64,000 bases of DNA, taken from positions 49,611 to 113,610 of the forward strand of contig JAZUQR010000021.1 of NCBI GenBank assembly GCA_045605805.1, in the 5' to 3' direction. Positions 1-10,118 of this stretch are shown piece by piece; position 1 is the first letter of the stretch; each line of letters opens with the position of its first letter. This DNA is from Alphaproteobacteria bacterium. Its GTDB lineage: Bacteria > Pseudomonadota > Alphaproteobacteria > CAAHEQ01 > UBA3637. The position numbers and the translations under genes are program-made. The notes under the pieces were generated by a model. It ran no database searches. It saw only the letters and a program-made list of their open reading frames with translations, and had not been told where the DNA came from.

Positions 1-2143
1 GGTGTGAATTAGTTTCGTGGCGAGCCTGTACCTCCTCTGCCGTCAAACCGAACAAATAGAAGTTTTCTTTACCAACTGCCTCCAAAATCTCAACATTTGC
101 CCCATCCAGCGTGCCAACTGTGACTGCCCCATTCATAGCCAGTTTCATATTCCCTGTGCCAGAGGCTTCAAAACCGGCAGTGGAGATTTGTTCGCTGACA
201 TCCGCAGCCGGAATTACCATTTCCGCCACAGAAACTTTATAGTCAGGAATAAAAACCACTTTTATTTGATCTTTTACCCGTTTATCGTTATTGATGACAT
301 TAGCCATATTATTTATCAGCTTGATAATGCGTTTGGCAAACACATAACCTGGGGCTGCTTTACCCGAGAAGATGTAAACTCTGGGGGATGGCAACTTTTG
401 TCCTTCCTCGGTTATCTGGAAGTATTGATGCATAATATGCAATACATTCAACAATTGGCGTTTATATTCGTGAATGCGCTTTACATGCACATCAAACAAT
501 GCTTTTGAACTTACTTCAATACCTAATGTCTTTTTGATATACTGGACCAACTGTTCTTTGCGGGCTTGTTGAATGGATGTCATTTCTGTTAAAAACTTAT
601 CATCTTCTACAAACTTTTCCAATTTTTTCAATTCTGTTAAATCTGTAATCCACTTATCCCCGATATGCTGTGTGATAAAAGAAGACAATTCCATATCTGA
701 CAGCAACAGCCATCTTCTTGGGGTGACACCATTGGTTTTGTTATTAAACTTTTGTGGCCACATTTCATAAAAATCAGGCATCAGTTTATGTTTAACCAAT
801 TCACTGTGGATTTTGGCCACCCCGTTCACCGAGAACGACCCAACAACAGCCAAATGAGCCATCCGCACCTGTTTTTCATAGCCTTCCTCTATTAAACTCA
901 TGCGGGCCAGTTTTGCATTATCCCCTGGATAGCGTGTGCGCACTTGATGCATCAACCATTCATTGATTTCATAGATAATCAACAAGTGGCGTGGCAGATA
1001 TTTTTCAAACAAAGCCACAGGCCATTTTTCCAACGCTTCCGGCAACAAAGTGTGGTTTGTATAGGCCATACAGCGGCCGGTGATATCAAAGGCTTTCTCC
1101 CATTCCAAATGATAGACATCCAACAAGACACGCATCAATTCCACAATCGCCAAGGTTGGATGTGTATCGTTTAATTGCAAAACAACTTTATTGGGCAATT
1201 CTTCAAAGCCAACGCCTTCCTCATTAAAACGACGCAAGATATCTTGAATCACGCAAGACACAAAGAAATACTGTTGAATCAGACGCAATTCCTTCCCTTC
1301 GGCCACTTCATCAGACGGATACAGAACTTTGGATATTGTTTCCACACGGATATTTTCTTCCACTGCGGCCACATAGCCCCCCTTATTAAACAGGTCTAAA
1401 TCCAACACATTATTGGACTTGGCCGAAAACAAACGCAAATAATTTACAGTTTTTGCGCCATAGCCTACAATCGGCATATCAAATGGGATGCCCAAGATAT
1501 TGCTTGTATCTACCCAACACGGCAGCCGAACACCGTTTTTTTCTTCGTACTCTATACGACCACGCAATTTGACAAGGCATGCACGGTCGGCTCGTTCAAT
1601 TTGCCACGGGGATTGCGTTGCCAACCATGAATCGGCTCGTTCTTTTTGCCATCCGTTTTCAAAGTATTGCTTAAATAAGCCAAATTGATAGTTGATGCCA
1701 TAGCCATACCCCGCATAGCCCTGTGTGGCGACAGAGTCCAAAATACAGGCGGCCAACCGCCCCAAACCACCGTTGCCCAGTGCGGGATCATATTCTTCTT
1801 CAATGATACTTTCCAATGAAATTGGATTATCCAAATGAACCTCTTTTAACACATCCATCAATTGAAAGTTCATCAGGTTATTAGACAGCAATCGCCCCAA
1901 CAAGTACTCCAACGACAGATAGTACATACGCTTTTTTGCTTTTTTCTTATGGCGAGCCGCTGTTTCAAAAACCTGATCCATACACAAATCACGCATTGCC
2001 AATGACAAAGCACTTAGCAGATGGCTTTTATGTGCTTCGCACACCCGTTTTGACAGCGAGTATTTCAAATGCCATTCAATGCGTTCTTGTAATTCTTTGG
2101 CTGTAATGCCTTTTTTCTTTGTTTCAAGTTTTTTTTGAACCAT
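1..2143 (-). CDS. glgP: glycogen/maltodextrin phosphorylase; C-terminus runs off the left window edge
   Basis: Absent from the ORF track because there is no in-window stop. My reverse-strand translation gives MVQKKLETKKKGITAKEL from the ATG at 2141-2143, EEEYDPALGNGGLGRLAAC (~1740-1800), AYTNHTLLPEALEKW (~1020-1065, frame checked against 2143) and EASGTGNMK, the PLP-lysine motif (~130-160). Confidence 0.9.
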   Translation of the reverse strand, partial: MVQKKLETKKKGITAKELQERIEWHLKYSLSKRVCEAHKSHLLSALSLAMRDLCMDQVFETAARHKKKAKKRMYYLSLEYLLGRLLSNNLMNFQLMDVLKEVHLDNPISLESIIEEEYDPALGNGGLGRLAACILDSVATQGYAGYGYGINYQFGLFKQYFENGWQKERADSWLATQSPWQIERADRACLVKLRGRIEYEEKNGVRLPCWVDTSNILGIPFDMPIVGYGAKTVNYLRLFSAKSNNVLDLDLFNKGGYVAAVEENIRVETISKVLYPSDEVAEGKELRLIQQYFFVSCVIQDILRRFNEEGVGFEELPNKVVLQLNDTHPTLAIVELMRVLLDVYHLEWEKAFDITGRCMAYTNHTLLPEALEKWPVALFEKYLPRHLLIIYEINEWLMHQVRTRYPGDNAKLARMSLIEEGYEKQVRMAHLAVVGSFSVNGVAKIHSELVKHKLMPDFYEMWPQKFNNKTNGVTPRRWLLLSDMELSSFITQHIGDKWITDLTELKKLEKFVEDDKFLTEMTSIQQARKEQLVQYIKKTLGIEVSSKALFDVHVKRIHEYKRQLLNVLHIMHQYFQITEEGQKLPSPRVYIFSGKAAPGYVFAKRIIKLINNMANVINNDKRVKDQIKVVFIPDYKVSVAEMVIPAADVSEQISTAGFEASGTGNMKLAMNGAVTVGTLDGANVEILEAVGKENFYLFGLTAEEVQARHETNSH

Positions 2144-2200
2144 ATTTTCCCCCTATATTTTACAAGAAAGATAACCGACTTTTTTTTATATTGCAAGTTT

Positions 2201-3223
2201 TTATTTTGCTTTTATTTCAGTTTTTGTATTTGTGGCCTGTGTTTTCTTTTTGGCTTTGCGCATTTTGCGATAATTGGCCACATTTTTTTCATGCTCGGCA
2301 TAGGTTTTTGCAAACACATGCCCCCCTTTGCCATCTGCCACAAAATATAAATCCTGCGTTTTATCCGGATGCAACACTGCTTTTAAGGACGCATACCCTG
2401 GGTTGCTTATCGGACCTTGCGGCAAACCATAAACAAAATAGGTGTTGAAGGGACTTTCCACCCGTAAATCCTTATATGTTAAAGTTCTGGAAAACTCACC
2501 TGTTCCATCTGACAAAGCATAAATAACGGTTGGATCGGATTGCAGCCGCATTCCTTTTTCCAGACGATTATGAAAGACCGAGGCAATATGCGCCCGTTCC
2601 GAATCTTTTGATGTTTCTTTTTCCACGACAGAGGCCATAATTACTGCCTCTTGCGGTGTTTTGAAAGCAAGATTTTTATCCCGTCCTTCCCATAACTCAT
2701 CAATAGCCCGTTTCATGCCGTTTTGCATGCGTTCCAACAAATCCTGTTTCGTATCTCCATACGAATAATAGTATGTATCCGGCATTAAAGTGCCTGTTTT
2801 GGGTAGACGTTCCACCTCGCCCATCAAACCATACATTCCTTCCATCAGGCCGACAACCTGATGTGCTGTCAAACCTTCTGGAATAACCAGACGGCGGATG
2901 TAGGTATTCCCACTTGTTAAAATGGACAAAACCGTTTTTGCACTTGCCCTTTCTGGAATGGAGTATTCTCCGGCTTTAATATCCGCCATCGCCCCGCTTG
3001 CCCGAGTGCCAATTTCAAAGATGGCTGGGCTGTCAATAATACCTTCTTGATGTAGTTGCTTGGCAATTTTTCGTAATGAACAACCAGATTGAATGACAAC
3101 CTCTTTGCGCTGGGTCAATGGACCTTCTGATACAAATTGACGGTAGGTGGAAAAAACGCTCCCCCCCATAACGCCAACAATTAAAATCAAGACGACAAAA
3201 TACACAAAAACATGATGACGCAT
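2201..3223 (-). CDS. mltG: endolytic murein transglycosylase MltG (YceG family)
   Basis: 340-aa ORF with an N-terminal TM anchor. YceG-type motifs are present: IPEGLT, ASVVEKE, IASVFHNRL, LQSDPTVIYAL, NTYFVYGLPQGPISNPG. Confidence 0.85.
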   Translation of the reverse strand: MRHHVFVYFVVLILIVGVMGGSVFSTYRQFVSEGPLTQRKEVVIQSGCSLRKIAKQLHQEGIIDSPAIFEIGTRASGAMADIKAGEYSIPERASAKTVLSILTSGNTYIRRLVIPEGLTAHQVVGLMEGMYGLMGEVERLPKTGTLMPDTYYYSYGDTKQDLLERMQNGMKRAIDELWEGRDKNLAFKTPQEAVIMASVVEKETSKDSERAHIASVFHNRLEKGMRLQSDPTVIYALSDGTGEFSRTLTYKDLRVESPFNTYFVYGLPQGPISNPGYASLKAVLHPDKTQDLYFVADGKGGHVFAKTYAEHEKNVANYRKMRKAKKKTQATNTKTEIKAK

Positions 3224-3224
3224 A

Positions 3225-4469
3225 TTATACTTTCTTAAAAATTAAACACGCATTTGTTCCGCCAAAGCCAAATGAATTGGACAGAACAGCATTGATTGGC
3301 TTTTCTTGGGCGGTATGAGGCACCAAGTTAAAGTCTTTTGTTTCTTCTTCTGGTTCATCCAAATTGATGGTTGGTGGCATAATGTTGTTTTGAAGGGCCA
3401 AAATGCTGAACACCGCTTCAATAGAGCCTGCACCGCCTAACAAATGTCCTGTCATTGATTTTGTGGACGACATCGCCACAGTATCTGAGCCAAACAATTT
3501 TTGTACTGCCCTAAACTCGGTTAAATCTCCCACTGGTGTGGATGTTCCGTGGGCATTGATATAATCTATCTGTGATGGATTCAATTGAGCCTGATCCAAC
3601 GCCATTTTCATGGCCCGTTCTGCACCTGTTCCACCTGGGGCTGTGATATGATAGGCATCCCCAGAAAGACCATAGCCAGCCAATTCACAATAGATTTTTG
3701 CACCTCGGGCTTTGGCGTGTTCATATTCTTCCAAAACAACGGCACCAGCCCCTTCCCCCATCACAAAGCCATCCCGATTTTTATCCCATGGGCGGGAAGC
3801 CTTTTGCGGTTCATCGTTGTGGGTGGATAATGCCCTCAATTGAGCAAAACCGCCTATACACTCTAATAATAAAGCTGCTTCGGCACTGCCGGCCAACATC
3901 ATATCCGCATAGCCATCACGGATGAAACGCATCGCATCCCCAATAGCGTGGCTGCCTGTGGCACAGGCTGTTGAACAGGCTTGATTTGGCCCTGCTAAGC
4001 CATAGCGAATGGAAATAACGCCTGCTGTTTGATTGATTAAAATAGAGGGAATAAAGAATGGAGAAATGCGGTTCACACCTTTTGTTGGAATAGCCAACAC
4101 TTCATCTCTGAAACTTTTTGCACCCCCTTGCCCCGAACCAAAACACACACCTGCTTTTGCTTTTTCTTCTTCTGTTTCTGGCTTATAGCCACAATCACGC
4201 ATTGCTTCGTCCGCCGCCGCCAAGCCAAACAGGGTCACCATATCCAGATGTCGTTGTTCTTTCACATTCGCCACCTGATTTAAGTCTAAATATCCTTCCT
4301 CCGTTCCCATCGGCACTTCACCGGCAATATGAACCGTTAAAGGGGTTGAATCAAAATGTGTAATAGTATCAATGCCCGATTTTCCATTGACCAAGGCATT
4401 CCAGTTTGTTTTGACACCTGCACCCAATGGTGATACAACACCTATACCCGTCACAACAACACGTCTCAT
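3225..4469 (-). CDS. fabF: 3-oxoacyl-ACP synthase II
   Basis: 414-aa ORF with a KAS II pattern: active-site ACSTACATGSHAIG, HGTSTP, GHLLGGAG, FGFGGTNA. It sits in fabG-acpP-fabF order. Confidence 0.92.
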   Translation of the reverse strand: MRRVVVTGIGVVSPLGAGVKTNWNALVNGKSGIDTITHFDSTPLTVHIAGEVPMGTEEGYLDLNQVANVKEQRHLDMVTLFGLAAADEAMRDCGYKPETEEEKAKAGVCFGSGQGGAKSFRDEVLAIPTKGVNRISPFFIPSILINQTAGVISIRYGLAGPNQACSTACATGSHAIGDAMRFIRDGYADMMLAGSAEAALLLECIGGFAQLRALSTHNDEPQKASRPWDKNRDGFVMGEGAGAVVLEEYEHAKARGAKIYCELAGYGLSGDAYHITAPGGTGAERAMKMALDQAQLNPSQIDYINAHGTSTPVGDLTEFRAVQKLFGSDTVAMSSTKSMTGHLLGGAGSIEAVFSILALQNNIMPPTINLDEPEEETKDFNLVPHTAQEKPINAVLSNSFGFGGTNACLIFKKV

Positions 4470-4484
4470 GAAAAAATCCTTTAT

Positions 4485-4539
4485 CTTAAAAAAAGACGTT
4501 TTAAGTTCAGCCAGAACAGCACAATCTCAAAACGTCTTT
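4485..4539 (-). terminator. hairpin + T-run between acpP and fabF (partial terminator/attenuator)
   Basis: aaagacgtttt (4492-4502) is complementary to aaaacgtcttt (4529-4539). On the minus strand the stem is followed by a run of 7 T. Confidence 0.45.
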
Positions 4540-4562
4540 ATAAAAACCAAAAACAGTCCAAA

Positions 4563-4805
4563 TTAGGCCTGTTGTTTTTCAATGAAGTCAACAGCATCTT
4601 TGACCGTGCGAATTTTTTCAGCCGCATCATCTGGGATGGAGCAACCGAATTCTTCTTCAAAGGCCATTACTAATTCAACAGTATCCAAACTGTCTGCGCC
4701 TAAATCATCGATGAAACTTGCATTGTCTTGCACTTTTGCGGCATCAACACCCAAGTGATCAACAATAATTTTTTTCACACGTTCAGCAATTGTATTTTCT
4801 GTCAT
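4563..4805 (-). CDS. acpP: acyl carrier protein
   Basis: 80-aa ORF with the phosphopantetheine-attachment motif [20 protein letters not shown]. Confidence 0.95.
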   Translation of the reverse strand: MTENTIAERVKKIIVDHLGVDAAKVQDNASFIDDLGADSLDTVELVMAFEEEFGCSIPDDAAEKIRTVKDAVDFIEKQQA

Positions 4806-4894
4806 TTTTTTTCCTTTTGTTTAGTTAATCAGTCCATTTCGGACGAAAACATACTTACACTAGCACAAAAAAAGAACCAATGCAAGCATTTTTT

Positions 4895-5632
4895 TTACAG
4901 CATCAACATTCCCCCATTGATATTTAGGGTTTGACCTGTAATATAGGCAGCCTCATCAGATGCCAAAAATGCCACAGCTGCGGCAATTTCTTCGGGTTGG
5001 CCCATTCTTTTGGATGGGATTCTATCTAACATTGCTTTTTTCACTTCTTCTGGCAAAGAAGCGGTCATTTTTGTTTCAATAAACCCTGGTGCGATACAGT
5101 TAGCTGTCACACCACGAGAGGCTAATTCGGCTGCGATAGATTTGCTCATTGCAATCAAGGCGGCCTTACTTGCGGCATAGTTCGCTTGTCCAGCATTACC
5201 AATGACACCCACAATTGAGGCCATAGAGATAATTCTGCCAAAACGGCGTTTCATCATGCCCGTCATCACGGCACGAGCCAACCTAAAACCTGCGGTTAAA
5301 TTGACATTTAAGACCTTTTCCCATTGTTCGTCTGTCATGCGCATGGCTAATGTATCCATTGTAATGCCGGCGTTATTGACCAAAATATCAATTTTACCCA
5401 TATCCGCTTCTGCGTTGGACACAAGCTGTTTAATGGCTTCGGCATCTGATATATTGGCTGCATAGACAAACACTCTTTCCCCTAATTCTTGTGCCAAGGC
5501 GTTCAAAGCCTCCATACTGATATCTGTAAGAGCCAAGGTTGCCCCTTGTGCGTGCAAAGTTTTGGCAATAGAACGGCCGATACCGCCTGTGGCACCGGTG
5601 ATGAGGGCTGTTTTTCCTGATAAATCAAACAT
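4895..5632 (-). CDS. fabG: 3-oxoacyl-ACP reductase (SDR)
   Basis: The ORF is trimmed to the ATG at 5632 (MFDLSGKTALITGATGGIGR), preceded by GGAG. It has an SDR Rossmann motif, the NNAG motif, and the YAASKAAL catalytic Y-x3-K. Confidence 0.9.
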   Translation of the reverse strand: MFDLSGKTALITGATGGIGRSIAKTLHAQGATLALTDISMEALNALAQELGERVFVYAANISDAEAIKQLVSNAEADMGKIDILVNNAGITMDTLAMRMTDEQWEKVLNVNLTAGFRLARAVMTGMMKRRFGRIISMASIVGVIGNAGQANYAASKAALIAMSKSIAAELASRGVTANCIAPGFIETKMTASLPEEVKKAMLDRIPSKRMGQPEEIAAAVAFLASDEAAYITGQTLNINGGMLML

Positions 5633-5744
5633 ATTTTCTCCTTTTGTTATAAAGGCAGTATAGCACATAAGAAAATTAAAAATCAAGCAAAAAAAATCCC
5701 CCGTGTGAAATCGGGGGAAGGGTTAATACTGCATAACGATAGCA

Positions 5745-7427
5745 CTATTGGGATGTTTTTGGAGTACAATCTCCATTACTCCAGTTGCCTCCAACAAGAT
5801 TACAACAAGCTTCTGTTTTCTGCCCATTCAGAGCATCTACACCAAAATACGCCCCTTCTGCTGTTTCACAACAGGTTTTGCCTGTATTATCCCATTTTCC
5901 AGATACACCTTTACAGCAACCCTCTGTAATCTCATTGGTAAAATAACTCTTTGGACCCCAACAACAGGCTTGTGCATCTTCTACCCAAGCATCTCTTGGA
6001 CAACAGTTCTGCATATCTGCATCCCAACCACCTTCAACAAAATTACAACAAGCTTCTGTTGGTTTATATTGATACGCATCATACCCAAAAGTGCCATTAT
6101 CTACATCTACTGAACAACACAGTTGATTATCTTCATCCCACACACCATAGTCAGTCATTGCATGGCAACAATCTTCTGTAGGTTGATTTGTATAATAATT
6201 ATACCAGTTATAATGCTGATCACAGCAAGCAGCCCCATCCTCTTCTATGTTCTTATATTCTAGCCAGAATCCATATGGACAACATTCTTGTTTAGAAGCA
6301 TCCCAAACATTATCGTCGGCCTCACATAAACATTCTTCATCCGCTACCCATGCGCCATCTTCACATTTTTGACAAGGCCCTCCTTCACCCACGCATGGAC
6401 AGCTGGCTTGCTCATCAACACAAGTGTTATTGCTGGCACACCATTTCATACCGCTGGTGGCTTCACAACAGACTTGGGTTATGGCTGCGCCTGTGGATGC
6501 AGGACTGGTGCAGTTTGGCCAACCGTTTGCACCACTATAGCTACAAGAACTTATATCATACGGACCATCACAACAATACTTTTGCTCCTCTTTTTCAACC
6601 AACTGACCATAGCCACAACCATTGCATTCGGCAATATTGTTCCAGTCAAACGACCAGTAACCCCAGTATCCTTCATCATAGTAGCCACCAAAACAACATC
6701 CTTTCCCAGAGCTGGAGAGTTCTGTTTTCGCTATTATGTCATCACATCCACACAAAGGGATATTCAGTGTACAATAGCCTTTGCGAGCCATTTCCTGTGC
6801 AGGGTCTGGTAAATTCAAATTAGAACATTCTTCAACCCCTTTGTAGACATATCCGCCTAAACAGCAGGTTTGTCCATCCGTGCCCAATGAACCACCGTTG
6901 GGGCAACATTCTTCATTCTTTGAAACACACTGATTCTTATTGCCACACCATTGACCGCCCATATCCGAACAAACACCCGAACCACAATTGCCCAAATAAT
7001 CAGGGTGACATTCCTTGTTGGGGTTCATACAGGTTGCATCAGCGGGGTCACAGCAAGCGGTTTTATCCAACGAAATGCCTTCCTCTTCGGTACACACTGT
7101 GCATTTGAAGTTTTCCTCTAAAGTAGCCACAGAGCCAGACGGACACGCCACACACTTGCTGGTGGCGACATCCACAACATACCCTGCTTTACAGCAATAG
7201 ACATTTGCCCCAGCTTGACACGGCTGGGCATTTGCATCATCCTTGATGTCATAAAAACGAATGTCCAACGGCGGATTATCCGGATGAATATGAACCCCAA
7301 AGTTATCTACCCCAGGGTTGTGACGATTATATTTTGTGGAATCGTGGCCCCCACCACCGCCACCAAACGCCATCGCAGAAGTGGCCATACATATCATTCC
7401 CATCAACATAATCACTGTTTTCATCAC
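5745..7427 (-). CDS. secreted cysteine-rich repeat protein of unknown family (17 Cys-Cys doublets)
   Basis: 560-aa uninterrupted ORF with a signal-peptide-like N-terminus (MMKTVIMLMGMICMATSAMA) followed by a G6 run. The C-terminal half is a tandem array of xxACC/xxCC units (TEACCNFVEGGW, MQNCCPRDAW, AQACCWGP, TEGCCKGV, GKTCCETA, TEACCNLVGGNW). Confidence 0.7.
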   Translation of the reverse strand: MMKTVIMLMGMICMATSAMAFGGGGGGHDSTKYNRHNPGVDNFGVHIHPDNPPLDIRFYDIKDDANAQPCQAGANVYCCKAGYVVDVATSKCVACPSGSVATLEENFKCTVCTEEEGISLDKTACCDPADATCMNPNKECHPDYLGNCGSGVCSDMGGQWCGNKNQCVSKNEECCPNGGSLGTDGQTCCLGGYVYKGVEECSNLNLPDPAQEMARKGYCTLNIPLCGCDDIIAKTELSSSGKGCCFGGYYDEGYWGYWSFDWNNIAECNGCGYGQLVEKEEQKYCCDGPYDISSCSYSGANGWPNCTSPASTGAAITQVCCEATSGMKWCASNNTCVDEQASCPCVGEGGPCQKCEDGAWVADEECLCEADDNVWDASKQECCPYGFWLEYKNIEEDGAACCDQHYNWYNYYTNQPTEDCCHAMTDYGVWDEDNQLCCSVDVDNGTFGYDAYQYKPTEACCNFVEGGWDADMQNCCPRDAWVEDAQACCWGPKSYFTNEITEGCCKGVSGKWDNTGKTCCETAEGAYFGVDALNGQKTEACCNLVGGNWSNGDCTPKTSQ

Positions 7428-7477
7428 AATCCCTTTTTGATATAAGATTATATAAACCTTAAAAAAATCCCTATCAA

Positions 7478-8131
7478 TTATTTTTGACGAGGATCTTTCA
7501 ACATCATATCCTCAAACAAAAACTGTTTCACTGCTGGTAAAGTGCGCCGCACCATAATATCTACCCCTTTGGCAGAAGGATGTATTTTATCTTCCAAAAA
7601 ATACTCTGCTTTTTTATGTGTGCCATTGTCATTCCACAGCCCATCCATAAAAAATGGATATAAAAGCAATTCGTTATCCAACGCCAAATCATCATACATT
7701 TGACGCACACCTGCACGATATTCTTCCGGCAGTGCCACAGGTACTTCCATTCCAAACAGCATCACAGGTACATCGTTTTGCTTAAAAAACTCAATCAAGG
7801 TTGCCAAGTTTTTCTTGGTATCATCCAACGGTACTTTTTGAAAAGCATCATTGCTGCCCAACTGCAAAATCACGCCATCCGGTTTGCGCTTTAATGCCGA
7901 TTTCATCTTGGCCACGGCACCACCCGTTGTTTCACCACTTTTGCTGAAATTGATAATCTTCACATCATAATTATCTTTAAGCAACGCCTGTTGTAATTTT
8001 GAACAATAAGAATCCCGTGGTTGAATCTTATGTCCCACACTTAAACTATCCCCAAAAACCATCAGATTTGCAGGGTTTGCCATCACAGGGGCCGATAAAG
8101 CCAAAAATCCAGCCAATAACACTCGTTTCAT
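7478..8131 (-). CDS. SGNH/GDSL hydrolase (TesA-like arylesterase/lysophospholipase), secreted
   Basis: 217-aa ORF with a signal peptide. It has block I FGDSLSVG, block III GSNDA, and a C-terminal D-x-x-H (EDKIHPS). Confidence 0.8.
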   Translation of the reverse strand: MKRVLLAGFLALSAPVMANPANLMVFGDSLSVGHKIQPRDSYCSKLQQALLKDNYDVKIINFSKSGETTGGAVAKMKSALKRKPDGVILQLGSNDAFQKVPLDDTKKNLATLIEFFKQNDVPVMLFGMEVPVALPEEYRAGVRQMYDDLALDNELLLYPFFMDGLWNDNGTHKKAEYFLEDKIHPSAKGVDIMVRRTLPAVKQFLFEDMMLKDPRQK

Positions 8132-8193
8132 AAAATACTCCTTTTCTTTATATATACAGAATATACCATCACTATTGATTTGTCAAACATATT

Positions 8194-9411
8194 TTATTGA
8201 TATCGCAAGGCTTCAATCGGATCCAGTTTCATGGCTTTTCTGGCGGGCATAATCCCAGACACCACACCAACAAAAATGGCCACAGAAACCGAAATAATCA
8301 CCGACCACACAGAAATAGGCACTTCCTTACCAACAATTTGACCGGCAATTTGCGAAAGCACAATCCCCAAAACCATCCCCACAAAACTGCCCATAAAAGA
8401 AATCATCACAGATTCAGCCAAAAATTGGAACATTATCCACCGATTAGGGGCGCCCAAAGCCTTGCGCGTACCAATTTCCCGAGTTCGTTCCGTCACAGAA
8501 ACAAGCATCATATTCATAATGCCAATAGACCCAACCACCAAAGAAATAGAGGCTATGGCTGACAACAGAACAGACAAAACAAAACCTATACTTCTTACTT
8601 TTTCAACCATTTCTGTCATCAAGTTGATAGAGAAATCATTGTCCACACCATCTTTCAAATAGTGCCTTGTCCGCAACAAATATTCAATTCGTTTGGCCAC
8701 AGATTCCATTTTATGTTCCTCTGTCACTTTCACAAACGCAACATCCACATATTGCGGCCGCCACGACCCACGCAACCGTTGCCGCACAGTTGTGGCCGGC
8801 ATCATAATGATATTATCTTGATCCTGCCCCATTAAATTATCGCCTTTTGCCTTCAAAGTACCAATCACAGTAAATGGCTGGCCTTTTAAGCGCATCACTT
8901 TACCCACGGGGTTTTGAAGACCGAACAATTCCTCCACCACAGTTTGTCCAATTAAAATATAGGGCTTGCCGGCTTTCACATCTTTTTCTGAAAAGGGTAC
9001 ACCTGTTTCAATTTCCCAATTACCAACCGCCAAATAATCAGGATTTGTGCCATATACGCTGACCCCATAGTTGTTGGAACCATAAACAGCCTGAACCGCA
9101 GTGTTCACCACATAAGAAGCGGTTTCAACATCTTTTAACGACTTCAAAGCCTCCACATCCTTAAAGGTAATGCTGGGGCGACCACGCCCTCCTCGCACAC
9201 CACCGCTTACTGTTTGAGCAGGGCCCAAAATAATCAGGTTTGTCCCCATAGAATCAAAAGTTTTTGTAATTTCATTTTGCACAGTTTGCCCTGCCGCCAC
9301 CATCAACACAACAGAGGCCACACCAATCACAATGCCCAACATCGTTAAGAAAGTACGCATCTTATACGCAGAAATAGAAATCCAGGCTTCACGAAAAATC
9401 TGGTAAATCAT
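8194..9411 (-). CDS. MacB/FtsX-type ABC transporter permease
   Basis: 405-aa ORF. It has an N-terminal TM, a large periplasmic domain, then a C-terminal FtsX-type 3-TM bundle (TREIGTRKALGA motif). It overlaps the upstream ATPase gene by 4 nt. Confidence 0.85.
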   Translation of the reverse strand: MIYQIFREAWISISAYKMRTFLTMLGIVIGVASVVLMVAAGQTVQNEITKTFDSMGTNLIILGPAQTVSGGVRGGRGRPSITFKDVEALKSLKDVETASYVVNTAVQAVYGSNNYGVSVYGTNPDYLAVGNWEIETGVPFSEKDVKAGKPYILIGQTVVEELFGLQNPVGKVMRLKGQPFTVIGTLKAKGDNLMGQDQDNIIMMPATTVRQRLRGSWRPQYVDVAFVKVTEEHKMESVAKRIEYLLRTRHYLKDGVDNDFSINLMTEMVEKVRSIGFVLSVLLSAIASISLVVGSIGIMNMMLVSVTERTREIGTRKALGAPNRWIMFQFLAESVMISFMGSFVGMVLGIVLSQIAGQIVGKEVPISVWSVIISVSVAIFVGVVSGIMPARKAMKLDPIEALRYQ

Positions 9412-10118
9412 GCGTGATACTCCTTTCTTAAACCATCATACGCCACCTCACCATCAGCAATTTTTATCATCCGCTTGGCATAATCCGCTACATCATCTTC
9501 ATGTGTCACCAACACAATTGTAATACCGTCGTTATTTAATTGTGTGAACAAGCGCATAATGTCATCAGAAGTAGCCGAATCCAAATTACCCGTTGGTTCA
9601 TCAGCAAAAATAATTTTGGGATGATTGATAAGAGCTCTTGCAATGGCCACTCGTTGTTGCATACCGCCCGAAATCTGGCTGGGAGGCCTATCACCATATC
9701 CTTCCAACCCAACCACTTTCAACATTTTCAAGGCTCGTTCTTTGCGCTCTGCCTCACCCACCCCTTGATAAATCAAAGGCATGGAAACATTATCCACAAT
9801 TGTGCGTTTCATCATCAAATTAAAGTTTTGAAAAACAAAACCGATTTTTTGCCCACGAATATAAGCCAACTCTTGATCTGTACGAGTTGCCACCGCTTCA
9901 CCCGCCAAATAATACTCACCGCTTGTGGGCCTGTCCAAACAACCCAAAGTGTTCATCAAAGTGGACTTACCGGAACCGGAATGCCCCATAATCGCCACAA
10001 ACTCTCCCTCATAGATTTGAAAATTGATATGCTTCAACACCACCTGAGACGACCCACCGTCCATAAAATAGGTTTTACATAAATCTTTCACCTCTATCAC
10101 AACAGGTTTTTCACTCAT
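9408..10118 (-). CDS. ABC transporter ATP-binding protein (MacB/LolD-type)
   Basis: Walker A GHSGSGKST, signature ISGGMQQR, Walker B IIFADEPTGNLD. Confidence 0.9.
   Translation of the reverse strand: MSEKPVVIEVKDLCKTYFMDGGSSQVVLKHINFQIYEGEFVAIMGHSGSGKSTLMNTLGCLDRPTSGEYYLAGEAVATRTDQELAYIRGQKIGFVFQNFNLMMKRTIVDNVSMPLIYQGVGEAERKERALKMLKVVGLEGYGDRPPSQISGGMQQRVAIARALINHPKIIFADEPTGNLDSATSDDIMRLFTQLNNDGITIVLVTHEDDVADYAKRMIKIADGEVAYDGLRKEYHA

Noticed and set aside
17-2448. Eight plus-strand ORFs of 65-163 aa in the track (17-508, 573-770, 944-1174, 1175-1399, 1488-1688, 2119-2448 and others).
   Set aside because: They lie antisense to, or overlap, the long minus-strand glgP and mltG reading frames. 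Their translations are low-complexity with no motifs. The minus frame carries unambiguous phosphorylase motifs.
5748-7445. Many plus-strand ORFs of 60-157 aa antisense to the Cys-rich gene.
   Set aside because: They are shadow ORFs of the long minus-strand frame. Their translations are His/Thr/Asn-rich mirror images of the Cys/Trp/Gly codons and have no start context.
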